Shown here: positions 7,763-17,449 of the stretch, piece after piece
Position numbering within the stretch: the stretch's first letter is position 1
How the letters are laid out: each line of letters opens with the position of its first letter
Assembly: GCA_964587755.1 (NCBI GenBank)
Contig: CAZPMC010000009.1
Coordinates: forward strand, 259-59,997
DNA from: an uncultured Oscillospiraceae bacterium
GTDB lineage: Bacteria; Bacillota; Clostridia; Acetivibrionales; DTU013
Length of the DNA: 59,739 nt
Direction of reading: 5' to 3'
Notes under the pieces: model-generated
The model's input: the letters and a program-made list of their open reading frames with translations, nothing else
Told to the model about the DNA's origin: nothing
Database searches by the model: none
Translations under genes and position numbers: made by a program

Positions 7763-9442
7763 ATGGAATATAAAAGCGATATTGAAATTGCCCAGGCTAC
7801 TTTGATGAAGCCAATCAAAGTAGTGGCTGAAGATTTGGGTATTGACGAAAAGTATATTGAATTACACGGCAATTATAAAGCGAAAATTGACTACAGCCTC
7901 TTAAACCAAATGGAAGGTAAAGAGGATGGCAAGCTGATACTTGTGACGGCTATTACTCCTACCACAGCAGGGGAAGGGAAAACGACCACTACTGTGGGAC
8001 TGGGAGATGCACTGAAAAAGCTCGGCAAAAGAGTAATGATTGCATTACGGGAGCCTTCTTTGGGGCCTGTATTCGGAATGAAGGGCGGTGCCGCAGGAGG
8101 CGGATATGCACAGGTGGTGCCGATGGAGGATATAAACCTGCATTTTACAGGGGATTTTCACGCTATCGGAGCTGCAAACAACCTTTTGGCAGCATTAGTT
8201 GACAACCACATCCATCATGGAAACCAGCTTGGCATAGACACCCGCAGAATAACATGGAAAAGATGCGTTGATATGAATGACAGGCAGTTGAGATTTGTCG
8301 TTGACGGACTCGGCGGCAAACCAAACGGAGTGCCCCGGGAAGACGGCTTTGACATTACCGTGGCATCAGAGGTTATGGCTGTTCTTTGTCTGTCCAGGGA
8401 TATTGACCATCTGAAAGAAAATCTAGGCAATATTATAGTAGGGTATACAAGGGATGATACTCCTGTAAGGGCTTCACAGTTAAAGGCTGAAGGTGCCATG
8501 GCGGCTCTTTTAAAGGATGCCCTAAAGCCAAACCTGGTACAAACACTTGAGCACACGCCTGCATTTGTTCATGGCGGGCCATTCGCAAATATTGCTCATG
8601 GATGTAACAGTATTATGGCTACGAAGATGGCCTTAAAGCTGGCAGATTATGTTATAACCGAGGCAGGCTTTGGTGCGGATCTGGGTGCTGAAAAATTTAT
8701 TGACATCAAATGCAGGCTAGCCGGTATAAAGCCGTCGACAGTTGTCATTGTGGCAACGGTAAGAGCTTTAAAAATGCATGGCGGCGTACAGAAATCTGAG
8801 CTGGGAGTGGAGAATATCGAGGCACTTGAAAGAGGAATGCCAAATCTAATAAAGCATATAGAAAATATCAGCGAAAGGTTCGGACTTCCGGCTGTGGTGG
8901 CAATAAACAGATTTCCCACGGATACGGAGACTGAATTAGCCATTGTAAGGGAAAAGTGTAAGGAATACGGAGCAAATGTAGCGCTCTCTGAGGTTTGGGG
9001 GAAAGGCGGCGACGGCGGAGTTGACCTTGCAAAGGAAGTAATCAGGCTGGCAGACTTACATAATGGTGAATTGCGCTATGCATACGGAAGTGAGCTTCCA
9101 ATAAAAGAAAAAATAGAAGCTATTGTAAAAGATATTTACGGCGGAGATGGTGTGGAGTTTTCTCCGGCAGCAATCAAAGAAATGAAAAAACTTGAGGAGC
9201 TTGGGTTTGGGAAATTACCGGTATGTATGGCTAAAACACAATATTCATTGTCTGATGATCCAAAGAAAACCGGCCGGCCGGAAGGCTTCAAGATTAGTGT
9301 AAAAAGCTTAAAGGTCTCTGCCGGCGCGGGGTTTATTGTGGTTCTCACTGGCGATATAATGACTATGCCGGGGCTTCCGAGGGTGCCGGCTGCAGAGAAA
9401 ATAGATGTTGACTCAACCGGGAAGATTTCCGGATTATTCTAA
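7763..9442 (+). CDS. fhs: Formate--tetrahydrofolate ligase
   Basis: 559 aa. The [16 protein letters not shown]-loop and full-length colinearity are typical of FTHFS. Confidence 0.96.
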   Translation: MEYKSDIEIAQATLMKPIKVVAEDLGIDEKYIELHGNYKAKIDYSLLNQMEGKEDGKLILVTAITPTTAGEGKTTTTVGLGDALKKLGKRVMIALREPSLGPVFGMKGGAAGGGYAQVVPMEDINLHFTGDFHAIGAANNLLAALVDNHIHHGNQLGIDTRRITWKRCVDMNDRQLRFVVDGLGGKPNGVPREDGFDITVASEVMAVLCLSRDIDHLKENLGNIIVGYTRDDTPVRASQLKAEGAMAALLKDALKPNLVQTLEHTPAFVHGGPFANIAHGCNSIMATKMALKLADYVITEAGFGADLGAEKFIDIKCRLAGIKPSTVVIVATVRALKMHGGVQKSELGVENIEALERGMPNLIKHIENISERFGLPAVVAINRFPTDTETELAIVREKCKEYGANVALSEVWGKGGDGGVDLAKEVIRLADLHNGELRYAYGSELPIKEKIEAIVKDIYGGDGVEFSPAAIKEMKKLEELGFGKLPVCMAKTQYSLSDDPKKTGRPEGFKISVKSLKVSAGAGFIVVLTGDIMTMPGLPRVPAAEKIDVDSTGKISGLF

Positions 9443-9456
9443 GGGAGGATAAACAA

Positions 9457-10083
9457 ATGATTATAAACAGAGATTGTAATGAGTTTCTTGAAATTCTTTC
9501 GTCTTCGGCTCCGGTGCCGGGAGGAGGCGGTGCTTCAGCGTTTGTTGGAGCAATAGGAATGGCTCTGGGAAGCATGGTCGGGAATCTTACACTTGGTAAG
9601 AAAAAGTATGAAGATGTCCAAGATGATATAAAAGTCATACTGAATAAGGCTGAAAAGCTAAGAGATGAGCTTGTCTCCTTGGTTGATAAGGATGCTGAGG
9701 TCTTTGAACCCCTCTCAAGAGCTTATGGAATGCCAAAAGAAACTGAGGAGGAAAAGCGAATCAAGGAAGAAGTAATGGAGAAGGCATTAAAGCAGGCTGC
9801 CAGCGTGCCTCTTGAAACCATGGAAAAGTCTCTTGAGGCGATTGCCCTGCATGAAGAGCTGGCAGATAAGGGCACCAGGATTGCTGTAAGTGATGTGGGA
9901 GTTGGCGTGCTGTTTTGCAAATCAGCTCTTTTAGGTGCCAGCCTGAATGTATATATTAATACAAAATTCATGAAAAACAGACAGCACGCGCAAGAATTGA
10001 ATGAAATGACTGAAAAGTTGATTGCCGAAGGTGTTGCCAAGGCTGACGAAGTATACAGGAAGGTGGAGGGGATGTTAAAATGA
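9457..10083 (+). CDS. fchA: Cyclodeaminase/cyclohydrolase family protein (methenyl-THF cyclohydrolase FchA-like)
   Basis: 208 aa. The FLEILSSSAPVPGGGGASAFVGAIGMAL motif belongs to the FTCD C-terminal domain family. The gene sits between fhs and folD. Confidence 0.85.
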   Translation: MIINRDCNEFLEILSSSAPVPGGGGASAFVGAIGMALGSMVGNLTLGKKKYEDVQDDIKVILNKAEKLRDELVSLVDKDAEVFEPLSRAYGMPKETEEEKRIKEEVMEKALKQAASVPLETMEKSLEAIALHEELADKGTRIAVSDVGVGVLFCKSALLGASLNVYINTKFMKNRQHAQELNEMTEKLIAEGVAKADEVYRKVEGMLK

Positions 10084-10928
10084 CGACATTGATGAAGGGT
10101 TCTGAGGTTGCTGCGGCAATGAAGGAGAAAATGCTTAAGAAAATCTCAAATCTTAAAGAGGAAGGCATTTTCCCCAAGCTTGCTATTGTGAGAGTGGGTG
10201 CCAGGCAGGATGATTTATCGTATGAGAGAAGCGCCACTAAAAAAATGGGGAGTTTAGGCATCGGATGTAAGGTCTATGAGTTTCCCGAATGCATCACTCA
10301 GGAAGCTTTTGAGCAGGAGTTTATTAAAATAAACAATGACCATGAGGTCCACGGTATATTAGTCTTCAGGCCGTTACCGAAGCATCTTACCGAGGAGCCT
10401 ATCAAAAAGATCATTAACCCCCTAAAGGACGTTGACTGTATGAGTCCGATTAACATTGCCAAAGTATTTTCAGGAGATGATACAGGCTTCGCCCCTTGCA
10501 CCTCAGAGGCTGTAATGGTGATACTTGACCACTACTCCGTAGGTATTGAGGGCAAAAGAGTTGCTGTGGTGGGAAGGAGTATGGTGGTGGGAAAACCGCT
10601 ATCGATGCTGCTTTTAAAGAGGAACGCCACAGTCACAATATGCCATACCAGAACTAAGGATATCCAGGCTGAATGCAGAAATGCCGAAATACTGATAGCG
10701 GCTGCCGGGAAAGCTAAAATGATAGGTGCTGAATATGTAGGAGAAAACAGTGTAGTTGTCGATGTAGGAATAAACGTGGATGAATCCGGTAAATTATGTG
10801 GTGATGTGGATTTTGAAAGTGTATCACCCCTGACGTCTTTTATAACTCCTGTACCCGGGGGAGTAGGCACAGTCACCACCTCAGTTTTAGCAAAGCATAT
10901 AATAAGAGCGGCAGGTTATTTGAAATGA
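10080..10928 (+). CDS. folD: Bifunctional methylene-THF dehydrogenase / methenyl-THF cyclohydrolase
   Basis: 282 aa. VGRSMVVGKPLSMLL, ATVTICHTRTKD and ITPVPGGVGTVTT motifs. Confidence 0.95.
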   Translation: MTTLMKGSEVAAAMKEKMLKKISNLKEEGIFPKLAIVRVGARQDDLSYERSATKKMGSLGIGCKVYEFPECITQEAFEQEFIKINNDHEVHGILVFRPLPKHLTEEPIKKIINPLKDVDCMSPINIAKVFSGDDTGFAPCTSEAVMVILDHYSVGIEGKRVAVVGRSMVVGKPLSMLLLKRNATVTICHTRTKDIQAECRNAEILIAAAGKAKMIGAEYVGENSVVVDVGINVDESGKLCGDVDFESVSPLTSFITPVPGGVGTVTTSVLAKHIIRAAGYLK

Positions 10929-10968
10929 TAAAAATAGAAAAGTATCAGGAAATGGGGAAATATTACTG

Positions 10969-11229
10969 ATGGCAAAAGCAGCCGTTGCCAATATAAAGAA
11001 TGAGGGTCTGTATTTTGAAGGTGTGGATGATTTTTCATTTAATGCTTTTCATTATACATCCCATGATTTGACAAATGCAAGCCGCCCTTATAAACTAAAA
11101 AAGAGGAAGGAAACAATAATTCATATCGATTATAAAATGAGCGGAGTAGGCACTAATAGCTGCGGGCCGGAGTTGCTGCCCAAATACAGGCTGTCTGTAA
11201 GTAAAATAAATTTCAGTATAAAATTTTGA
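10969..11229 (+). pseudogene. Relic of the extreme C-terminus of a GH2 beta-galactosidase
   Basis: The 86-aa ORF FNAFHYTSHDLTNASRPYKLKKRKETIIHIDYKMSGVGTNSCGPELLPKYRL resembles the last roughly 85 residues (small-chain/domain 5) of roughly 1000-aa LacZ-type enzymes. The frame is closed by a TAG only 11 codons upstream (10936-10938), so no catalytic domain is present. Confidence 0.7.
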
Positions 11230-11470
11230 CCGACTACGAAGGTTTGAGCCTTATAATGAATAAAAATACATTTTATGTAACCCATTGAAAACGGCTAAAA
11301 ATATTGATAATATATACATACTGTAATTAGGCAGTAGGGACTATTTTAGATGTTAGCCATATGCCAAGGGGGGCTTTTATACATCTGAATGAAACTGATG
11401 CCTTTTTTAGTATATATTGAGTTTATATTTATTAGCATAACCGGGGCTGATTAACTAATGAGGTGTTTTG

Positions 11471-12388
11471 ATGGGGAAATATATTTTTAAAAGAATTATA
11501 TTGTCGGTTGTAACATTGTGGCTTATTGCTACTTTGACATTTTTATTAATGTTTTTAGTGCCGGGCGGGCCGTTTATGTCTGAGAAAGCCCCTTCGGAGT
11601 CGACAATAAAAGCATTAAATGAGAAATATGGCTTGGACAAGCCAAAGATTGTGCAGTATAAAAATTATATAGTTAAGTTTTTACAGGGTGATATGGGTCT
11701 TTCGATAAAGCAGAGGGGGCGCACTGTAAAGCAGATTATTACAAACGGATTTAAGGTTTCAGCCCGTGTCGGCGGATTGGCAATATTAGTGGCTATATGC
11801 ATCGGTATACCACTGGGGAGTATTGCGGCGCTAAACCGGGGCAAATGGCTGGATCAGGTAATAATTGTTATTTCGACATGCGGCATAGCGGTACCCAGCT
11901 TCGTTGTATCTACAGTGCTTTTGATTATTTTTAGCCTGAAGCTGAATTTGCTTCCTACTTATGGGCTGGCAACCCCGCTTCATTACATTATGCCCGTTAT
12001 TGCGCTGTCCTTTTACCCTACTGCATATATATCCAGGCTTATGCGCTCGAGTATGCTTGATGTACTGGGACAGGATTATATGAGAACTGCAAAGGCAAAA
12101 GGCTTGTCACAGTTTATAATGCTCTTTAAGCATGCTTTACGTAATGCGGTTCTTCCAGTTGTGACTTACTTGGGGCCGCTTCTTGCATATACCTTGACGG
12201 GCAGCTTTGTAGTTGAAAAAATATTTACGATACCGGGTTTGGGCAATGAGTTTATAAGTTCAATTATAAACAGGGACTATCCTATGATTATGGGAACGAC
12301 AATCTTCCTGGCGGCATTGCTCATTACAATGAATTTGATTGTTGACATAACGTATAAGCTGATTGACCCGAGAATTAATCTAAAGTAA
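11471..12388 (+). CDS. oppB: Opp/Dpp-type ABC transporter permease
   Basis: 6-TM BPD_transp_1 permease with the motif YMRTAKAKGLS. RBS GAGGTG lies 5 nt before ATG 11471. Confidence 0.92.
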   Translation: MGKYIFKRIILSVVTLWLIATLTFLLMFLVPGGPFMSEKAPSESTIKALNEKYGLDKPKIVQYKNYIVKFLQGDMGLSIKQRGRTVKQIITNGFKVSARVGGLAILVAICIGIPLGSIAALNRGKWLDQVIIVISTCGIAVPSFVVSTVLLIIFSLKLNLLPTYGLATPLHYIMPVIALSFYPTAYISRLMRSSMLDVLGQDYMRTAKAKGLSQFIMLFKHALRNAVLPVVTYLGPLLAYTLTGSFVVEKIFTIPGLGNEFISSIINRDYPMIMGTTIFLAALLITMNLIVDITYKLIDPRINLK

Positions 12389-12404
12389 GGAGCGATGAAG
12401 ACTG

Positions 12405-13454
12405 ATGGGAGATACAAACAAAAAACTAAGCTTTCAGCTTGACGTATCCGATTTTTTACCTGCAGATAAGGATGAGAAGCAGAGTCTCGTAATTATGAGG
12501 GATTCTGTGAGCTTCTGGAAGGACGGCTTAAACAGGTTTAGAAAAAACAAAGTGGCAATGGTAAGTCTTGTGGTTATTATTGCTGTTATGATATTTGCTT
12601 TTGTTATACCTGAATTTTACCCATATGCTTATGAGGAGCAAATAAGAGGAAGCGAGAATTTATTCCCATTGCAATACTCAGAAACCGAGTTAGAACGGAA
12701 AGCACAAGGAGAAGCTGTGTTCCCGCATTTTTTAGGCACTGATACACATGGACGTGATATTATGGTCCGTCTTATGATAGGCAGCCGTGTTTCATTACTT
12801 GTAGGTATAGTTGCAAGCTTTCTGATATTGCTGATAGGGTCGACTTATGGTTCAATAGCCGGTTATTTCGGTGGCAAGGTGGACCTTATCATGATGCGTA
12901 TTGTTGACATTATTTATACAGTACCTGATATATTGATTATTATTCTGCTGATGGTTACCCTCAAATATCCTTTGCAGAATTTAGCCGATACGGTGCCGGG
13001 ATTTGAGTGGATCAATACTGTCGGAGTAGGACTTATTTGTATATTTATAGTTTTTGCACTGCTTTATTGGGTAGGAATGGCCAGAATAGTCAGAAGTCAG
13101 ATTCTCACGCTGAAGGAACAGGAGTATGTCACAGCGGCCCGTGCGCTTGGTGCAAGCCACGGAAGGATTATCAAGAAGCATTTGCTTACAAACTCCATGG
13201 GAACTCTGATTGTTACAACAACGCTGCAGATTCCGTCATCCATTTTTACAGAAAGCTTTTTGAGCTTTATCGGAATTGGTGTTGCAGCACCTCTGCCAAG
13301 CCTCGGGTCTATGGCTTCACAGGCAGTTGGCGGGATTACAACTTACACGTACAGACTGCTGGCACCTGCAATAATGATAAGTTTAATCATTTTGTCGTTC
13401 AATCTCCTGGGTGACGGATTGCGCGACGCATTTGATCCAAAACTTAAGAACTGA
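12405..13454 (+). CDS. oppC: Opp/Dpp-type ABC transporter permease
   Basis: OppC-type permease with the motifs EYVTAARALGASHGRII and LGDGLRDAFDPK. Confidence 0.92.
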   Translation: MGDTNKKLSFQLDVSDFLPADKDEKQSLVIMRDSVSFWKDGLNRFRKNKVAMVSLVVIIAVMIFAFVIPEFYPYAYEEQIRGSENLFPLQYSETELERKAQGEAVFPHFLGTDTHGRDIMVRLMIGSRVSLLVGIVASFLILLIGSTYGSIAGYFGGKVDLIMMRIVDIIYTVPDILIIILLMVTLKYPLQNLADTVPGFEWINTVGVGLICIFIVFALLYWVGMARIVRSQILTLKEQEYVTAARALGASHGRIIKKHLLTNSMGTLIVTTTLQIPSSIFTESFLSFIGIGVAAPLPSLGSMASQAVGGITTYTYRLLAPAIMISLIILSFNLLGDGLRDAFDPKLKN

Positions 13455-13465
13455 GGTTGAAAATT

Positions 13466-14464
13466 ATGAGCGATATTTTACTTGATATTAAAAATGAACG
13501 GCTCTCCTTCTTCACACCTGCGGGTGAAGTTAAGGCATTAAATGATGTGTCTATAAGCATGAATGAGGGGGATGTATTAGGGATAGTCGGTGAGAGCGGA
13601 AGCGGTAAAAGCGTAACTGCATACTCCATAATGGGTCTTACTGCTTACCCGGGGCGATTGATAGGTGGTACGATTGAATTTAACGGTCACAGGATAGATC
13701 AACTGTCAGAGAAGGAAATGCGTGATATTCGCGGTAATGAGGTAAGTATAATTTTCCAGGACCCGATGACAAGTCTAAATCCTGTTTTTACTATAGGGGA
13801 TCAGATAAAAGAGGTTATTTTACTGCATACGGATAAAACGAAGGAAGAGGCTAATCAACGTGTTATTGAGCTTCTGAATCTGGTTGGTATAAATGAACCG
13901 GAAAAACGGATAAAGCAGTATCCTCACCAACTGTCGGGTGGCATGAGGCAAAGAGTAATGATAGCTATTGCCCTGGCTTGTGAACCTAAGCTTTTGATTG
14001 CCGATGAACCTACTACTGCATTAGACGTTACAATTCAGGCTCAGATACTGGAGCTGATGATAGAGCTGAAAGAAAAAATCGGCATGTCTATTATTATGAT
14101 TACCCATGACTTGGGCATAGTTGCGAGCATGTGCCAGAAAATTGCGGTAATGTATGCAGGTAAAATCGTAGAGTATGGAACGGTTGATGAAATATTCTAC
14201 AATCCTAAGCATGAATATACAAAAGGGTTGCTCAGGAGCATCCCGAAGCTGAACGAGAAAGAGCATAAAAGGCTGGTGCCGATTGAGGGTACCCCTGTGG
14301 ATATGCTCAATCCGCCTGCAGGATGTCCCTTTGCTCCACGTTGTGACAGCTGCATGAAGATTTGCCTGTCAAGAATGCCAGAGTATACTGTTATTTCTGA
14401 TACTCACTACAGTGCTTGCTGGCTTTTGCAAAAGGAAGCTTTTGAGCAGGGGGGGAAATTATAA
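13466..14464 (+). CDS. oppD: Opp/Dpp-type ABC transporter ATP-binding protein
   Basis: Walker A GESGSGKS, signature LSGGMRQR, Walker B LLIADEPT, and the C-terminal oligopeptide-type Cys motif. Confidence 0.93.
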   Translation: MSDILLDIKNERLSFFTPAGEVKALNDVSISMNEGDVLGIVGESGSGKSVTAYSIMGLTAYPGRLIGGTIEFNGHRIDQLSEKEMRDIRGNEVSIIFQDPMTSLNPVFTIGDQIKEVILLHTDKTKEEANQRVIELLNLVGINEPEKRIKQYPHQLSGGMRQRVMIAIALACEPKLLIADEPTTALDVTIQAQILELMIELKEKIGMSIIMITHDLGIVASMCQKIAVMYAGKIVEYGTVDEIFYNPKHEYTKGLLRSIPKLNEKEHKRLVPIEGTPVDMLNPPAGCPFAPRCDSCMKICLSRMPEYTVISDTHYSACWLLQKEAFEQGGKL

Positions 14465-15432
14465 TGAGTAAGCTTGTTGAAGTTCAGAATCTGAAGCAAT
14501 ATTTTAAAGTCGGGGGCAGCTTTATAAAGCCCCAGTATGTTAAAGCGGTAGATGATGTGAGCTTTCATATAGATAAGGGCGAGACTTTGGGCCTCGTCGG
14601 AGAGAGCGGTTGCGGAAAGACGACAACAGGACGGACCATATTAAGATTGTACGAGCCCACAAGCGGCAGGATTATTTATGATGGCGAGGATATAACAAAG
14701 GTTGATATGATGCCTTACCGCCGCAAAATGCAGATTGTTTTCCAAGACCCCTATGCAAGTCTTGACCCTCGAATGACCGTCGGAGACATTGTTGGCGAAG
14801 CCATTGATATTCATAAGCTGGCATCAAGCAAGAGTGAGCGCAAGGATAAAATAATTTCAATGCTTGAGCGGGTCGGCTTGAACAGTGAGCATGCAAACCG
14901 TTATCCTCACGAGTTTTCCGGCGGACAACGCCAGCGTATTGGCATTGCCCGGGCTTTGGCTGTTGATCCTGAATTTATTGTGTGTGATGAGCCGATTTCT
15001 GCTTTGGATGTTTCAATTCAGGCTCAGGTGGTAAATATGTTTGAAGATTTACAAGAGGAGCTTGGACTGGCATATTTGTTTATTGCGCATGATCTCAGTG
15101 TTGTAAAGCATATCAGCAACCGTATAGGTGTTATGTACCTTGGGAAGCTGGTTGAGCTGGCGGACAGCTATGAGCTGACATTCCATAGCGTACATCCATA
15201 CACCAAGTCTTTGATTTCGGCTATTCCGATTGCAGACCCCATCGCAAGCCGCAGTCAAAAGAGAATTATTCTTGAAGGTGATGTACCAAGCCCGCTAAAT
15301 CCGCCATCAGGGTGCAGGTTCCGCACAAGGTGCCCATATGCTACTGAGATTTGTGCCCAGCAGGAGCCTGAATTTAAGGAAGTTTCAAAAGGGCATTTTG
15401 CTGCTTGTCATCATCTTGACAAGGTTAATTAA
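14464..15432 (+). CDS. oppF: Opp/Dpp-type ABC transporter ATP-binding protein
   Basis: Walker [10 protein letters not shown], signature FSGGQRQR, Walker [10 protein letters not shown]. Start overlaps the oppD stop. Confidence 0.93.
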   Translation: MSKLVEVQNLKQYFKVGGSFIKPQYVKAVDDVSFHIDKGETLGLVGESGCGKTTTGRTILRLYEPTSGRIIYDGEDITKVDMMPYRRKMQIVFQDPYASLDPRMTVGDIVGEAIDIHKLASSKSERKDKIISMLERVGLNSEHANRYPHEFSGGQRQRIGIARALAVDPEFIVCDEPISALDVSIQAQVVNMFEDLQEELGLAYLFIAHDLSVVKHISNRIGVMYLGKLVELADSYELTFHSVHPYTKSLISAIPIADPIASRSQKRIILEGDVPSPLNPPSGCRFRTRCPYATEICAQQEPEFKEVSKGHFAACHHLDKVN

Positions 15433-15449
15433 CGGTTATTATATGTTTG

Positions 15450-15509
15450 ACCCGTAATATAGCTGCTGAAAGAGAAATATACCGGCAGCCGGTAATAAAT
15501 ATTACGGGT
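15450..15509 (+). promoter_or_regulatory. Intercistronic stem-loop between oppF and the binding-protein gene
   Basis: ACCCGTAATAT (15450-15460) pairs with ATATTACGGGT (15499-15509). An inner helix GCTGCTG/CGGCAGC is also possible. No T-run follows. Confidence 0.5.
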
Positions 15510-15565
15510 ACGAACATTATAATAAATACAGTACTTTGTACTAAAAAATCTGGGGAGGATTGTTT

Positions 15566-17194
15566 ATGAAGAGAAAAATTTCTATTATTCTCGCATTTGT
15601 GTTAGTTATCAGTATGATGCTAACCGCTTGCGCTGGTGTATCAGGAAAATCTGACACACTCAATGTCTGTGCAGGACCTGATCCTGACACGATTGACCCT
15701 GCACTCAACTCTGCAGTTGATGGTGCAACAATGATTATCCATGCTTTCGAGGGATTGTATACCCTTGACAAGGATGGCGTGCCTGTACCTGGTCAGGCCG
15801 AATCTTACGATGTAAGCGATGACGGAAAGGTTTATACCTTTAAGCTTCGTGACGGTCTTAAATGGAGCGATGGTGAGCCTTTGAAAGCTAGCGACTTCGT
15901 TTACTCATGGAAGCGTGCTGTTGATCCTGCTACAGCTGCTGACTACGAGTACATGTTTGACGTAATCGATGGGTATGTCTATGATGACCCTGCCACTGAA
16001 GAGGATGAGCGTGAGCAAACAAATCTCAATGTAGTTGCACCTGATGACAAAACACTTGTTGTTACTTTGAAGACAGCTACACCTTATTTCCTTGAGCTTA
16101 CTGCATTCCCGACATTTTCACCTGTCCGTCAGGACATGATTGAATCCAAGGGAGACGCATGGGCTACAGAAGTTGACAGCTATATCGGAAATGGCCCTTA
16201 CAAGATGGTAGAATGGGTTCCGGGCTCTCACATTTTGTTTGAAAAGAATAAGAACTACTGGAATTACAAAAAACTTGGAACAGATAAAATTAAATTCGTA
16301 CTTATGGAAGATGATGTGGCAATATCAACTGCCTTCAAGCAGGAAGAGATTCTGTTTGCAGACTCTGTGCCAAATGATGAAATAGACGCTTGGAAAGACA
16401 AGCCAGAGTTTAATCTCCAAGGCCAGTTGGGAACATATTATATTTCCTTTAACACTCAAAAGGCTCCTTTGGACAATCCTCTTGTCCGTCAAGCTTTGAC
16501 ACTTGCTGTTGACCGTGAATGGATCTGTGTAAATATCGGCAAGTCAGGTCAGCAGCCGGCAGGTGCATTTGTTGCTACAGGGCTCAGAGATGCTGATCCT
16601 ACAAAGGAATTCCGTGAAGTGGGCGGAGACTATTATGATCCTTCTGGTGCAGCATATGAAGATAATCTGGCAAAGGCAAAAGAGCTTCTTGCACAGGCAG
16701 GATATCCTGATGGAAAAGGCTTGCCGACTATGGAGTACCTCTATAACGAAAGCACCGGGCACCAGGCAATCGGTGAGGCATTACAGGATATGTGGAAGAA
16801 GATCGGCGTTAACATCACTCTTGTTTCACAGGAGTGGGGTACATTCCTGAATACCCGTAAGAACGGTGATTATTACATCGCTCGTAACGGATGGCTCAGT
16901 GACTACAACGATCCTATTTCAATGCTTGACATGTGGATAACAGGCGGCGGAAACAATGACGCTCAGTGGAGCAACGCAGAATATGATGCTCTTATCGCAC
17001 AGGTAAAAGCTTCAGACGACCCGGCAGAGCGCTTTGAGCTGATGCATAAAGCAGAGGATATTATATTTGCTGAAAGCATGCTTTGCCCGATATACTACTA
17101 TGTTGACCTGTATCTCCTGAATCAAAAGGTTGAAGGCTTCTGGTCCTCACCTCTCGGATACAAGTACTTCATGTTTGCAACAGTAAAAGACTAA
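15566..17194 (+). CDS. oppA: ABC transporter substrate-binding lipoprotein, family 5 (peptide/oligosaccharide type)
   Basis: Lipobox LTACAG; family-5 SBP length and motifs. GGAGG lies 7 nt before ATG 15566. Confidence 0.9.
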   Translation: MKRKISIILAFVLVISMMLTACAGVSGKSDTLNVCAGPDPDTIDPALNSAVDGATMIIHAFEGLYTLDKDGVPVPGQAESYDVSDDGKVYTFKLRDGLKWSDGEPLKASDFVYSWKRAVDPATAADYEYMFDVIDGYVYDDPATEEDEREQTNLNVVAPDDKTLVVTLKTATPYFLELTAFPTFSPVRQDMIESKGDAWATEVDSYIGNGPYKMVEWVPGSHILFEKNKNYWNYKKLGTDKIKFVLMEDDVAISTAFKQEEILFADSVPNDEIDAWKDKPEFNLQGQLGTYYISFNTQKAPLDNPLVRQALTLAVDREWICVNIGKSGQQPAGAFVATGLRDADPTKEFREVGGDYYDPSGAAYEDNLAKAKELLAQAGYPDGKGLPTMEYLYNESTGHQAIGEALQDMWKKIGVNITLVSQEWGTFLNTRKNGDYYIARNGWLSDYNDPISMLDMWITGGGNNDAQWSNAEYDALIAQVKASDDPAERFELMHKAEDIIFAESMLCPIYYYVDLYLLNQKVEGFWSSPLGYKYFMFATVKD

Positions 17195-17279
17195 TAACTT
17201 TTATGCAATAAATTGTTTCATTATTTTGGCTCTATGTCAATTGTTGGGGTGGGGCTCAAGCAAAATGAAGTTTAGCTTA

Positions 17280-17325
17280 ATCTAGTGGATGGCCTTAAAG
17301 GGGTTGTCCACTGGATTTTATTTTG
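17280..17325 (+). terminator. Terminator hairpin, member of a repeated hairpin family (copy H2)
   Basis: AGTGGA (17284-17289) / TCCACT (17307-17312) stem, loop TGGCCTTAAAGGGGTTG, then ATTTTATTTTG. Confidence 0.65.
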
Positions 17326-17449
17326 CAGGGAGCTGCTGAGAGCAGTCAGATTCAGGTGACGATTTGCTATTTCAACCGATTTAAATGGCGTTGGCGGTCT
17401 GTGTTATGATATAATTTTCAAAAAAGTGAAAGGATGTATATGAATAATT

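Noticed and set aside
7763-10928. fhs-fchA-folD as evidence that the organism is an acetogen
   Set aside because: Only the folate interconversion steps are present in the window, and these genes are widespread in non-acetogenic Clostridia. No acs/CODH or metF is seen here.
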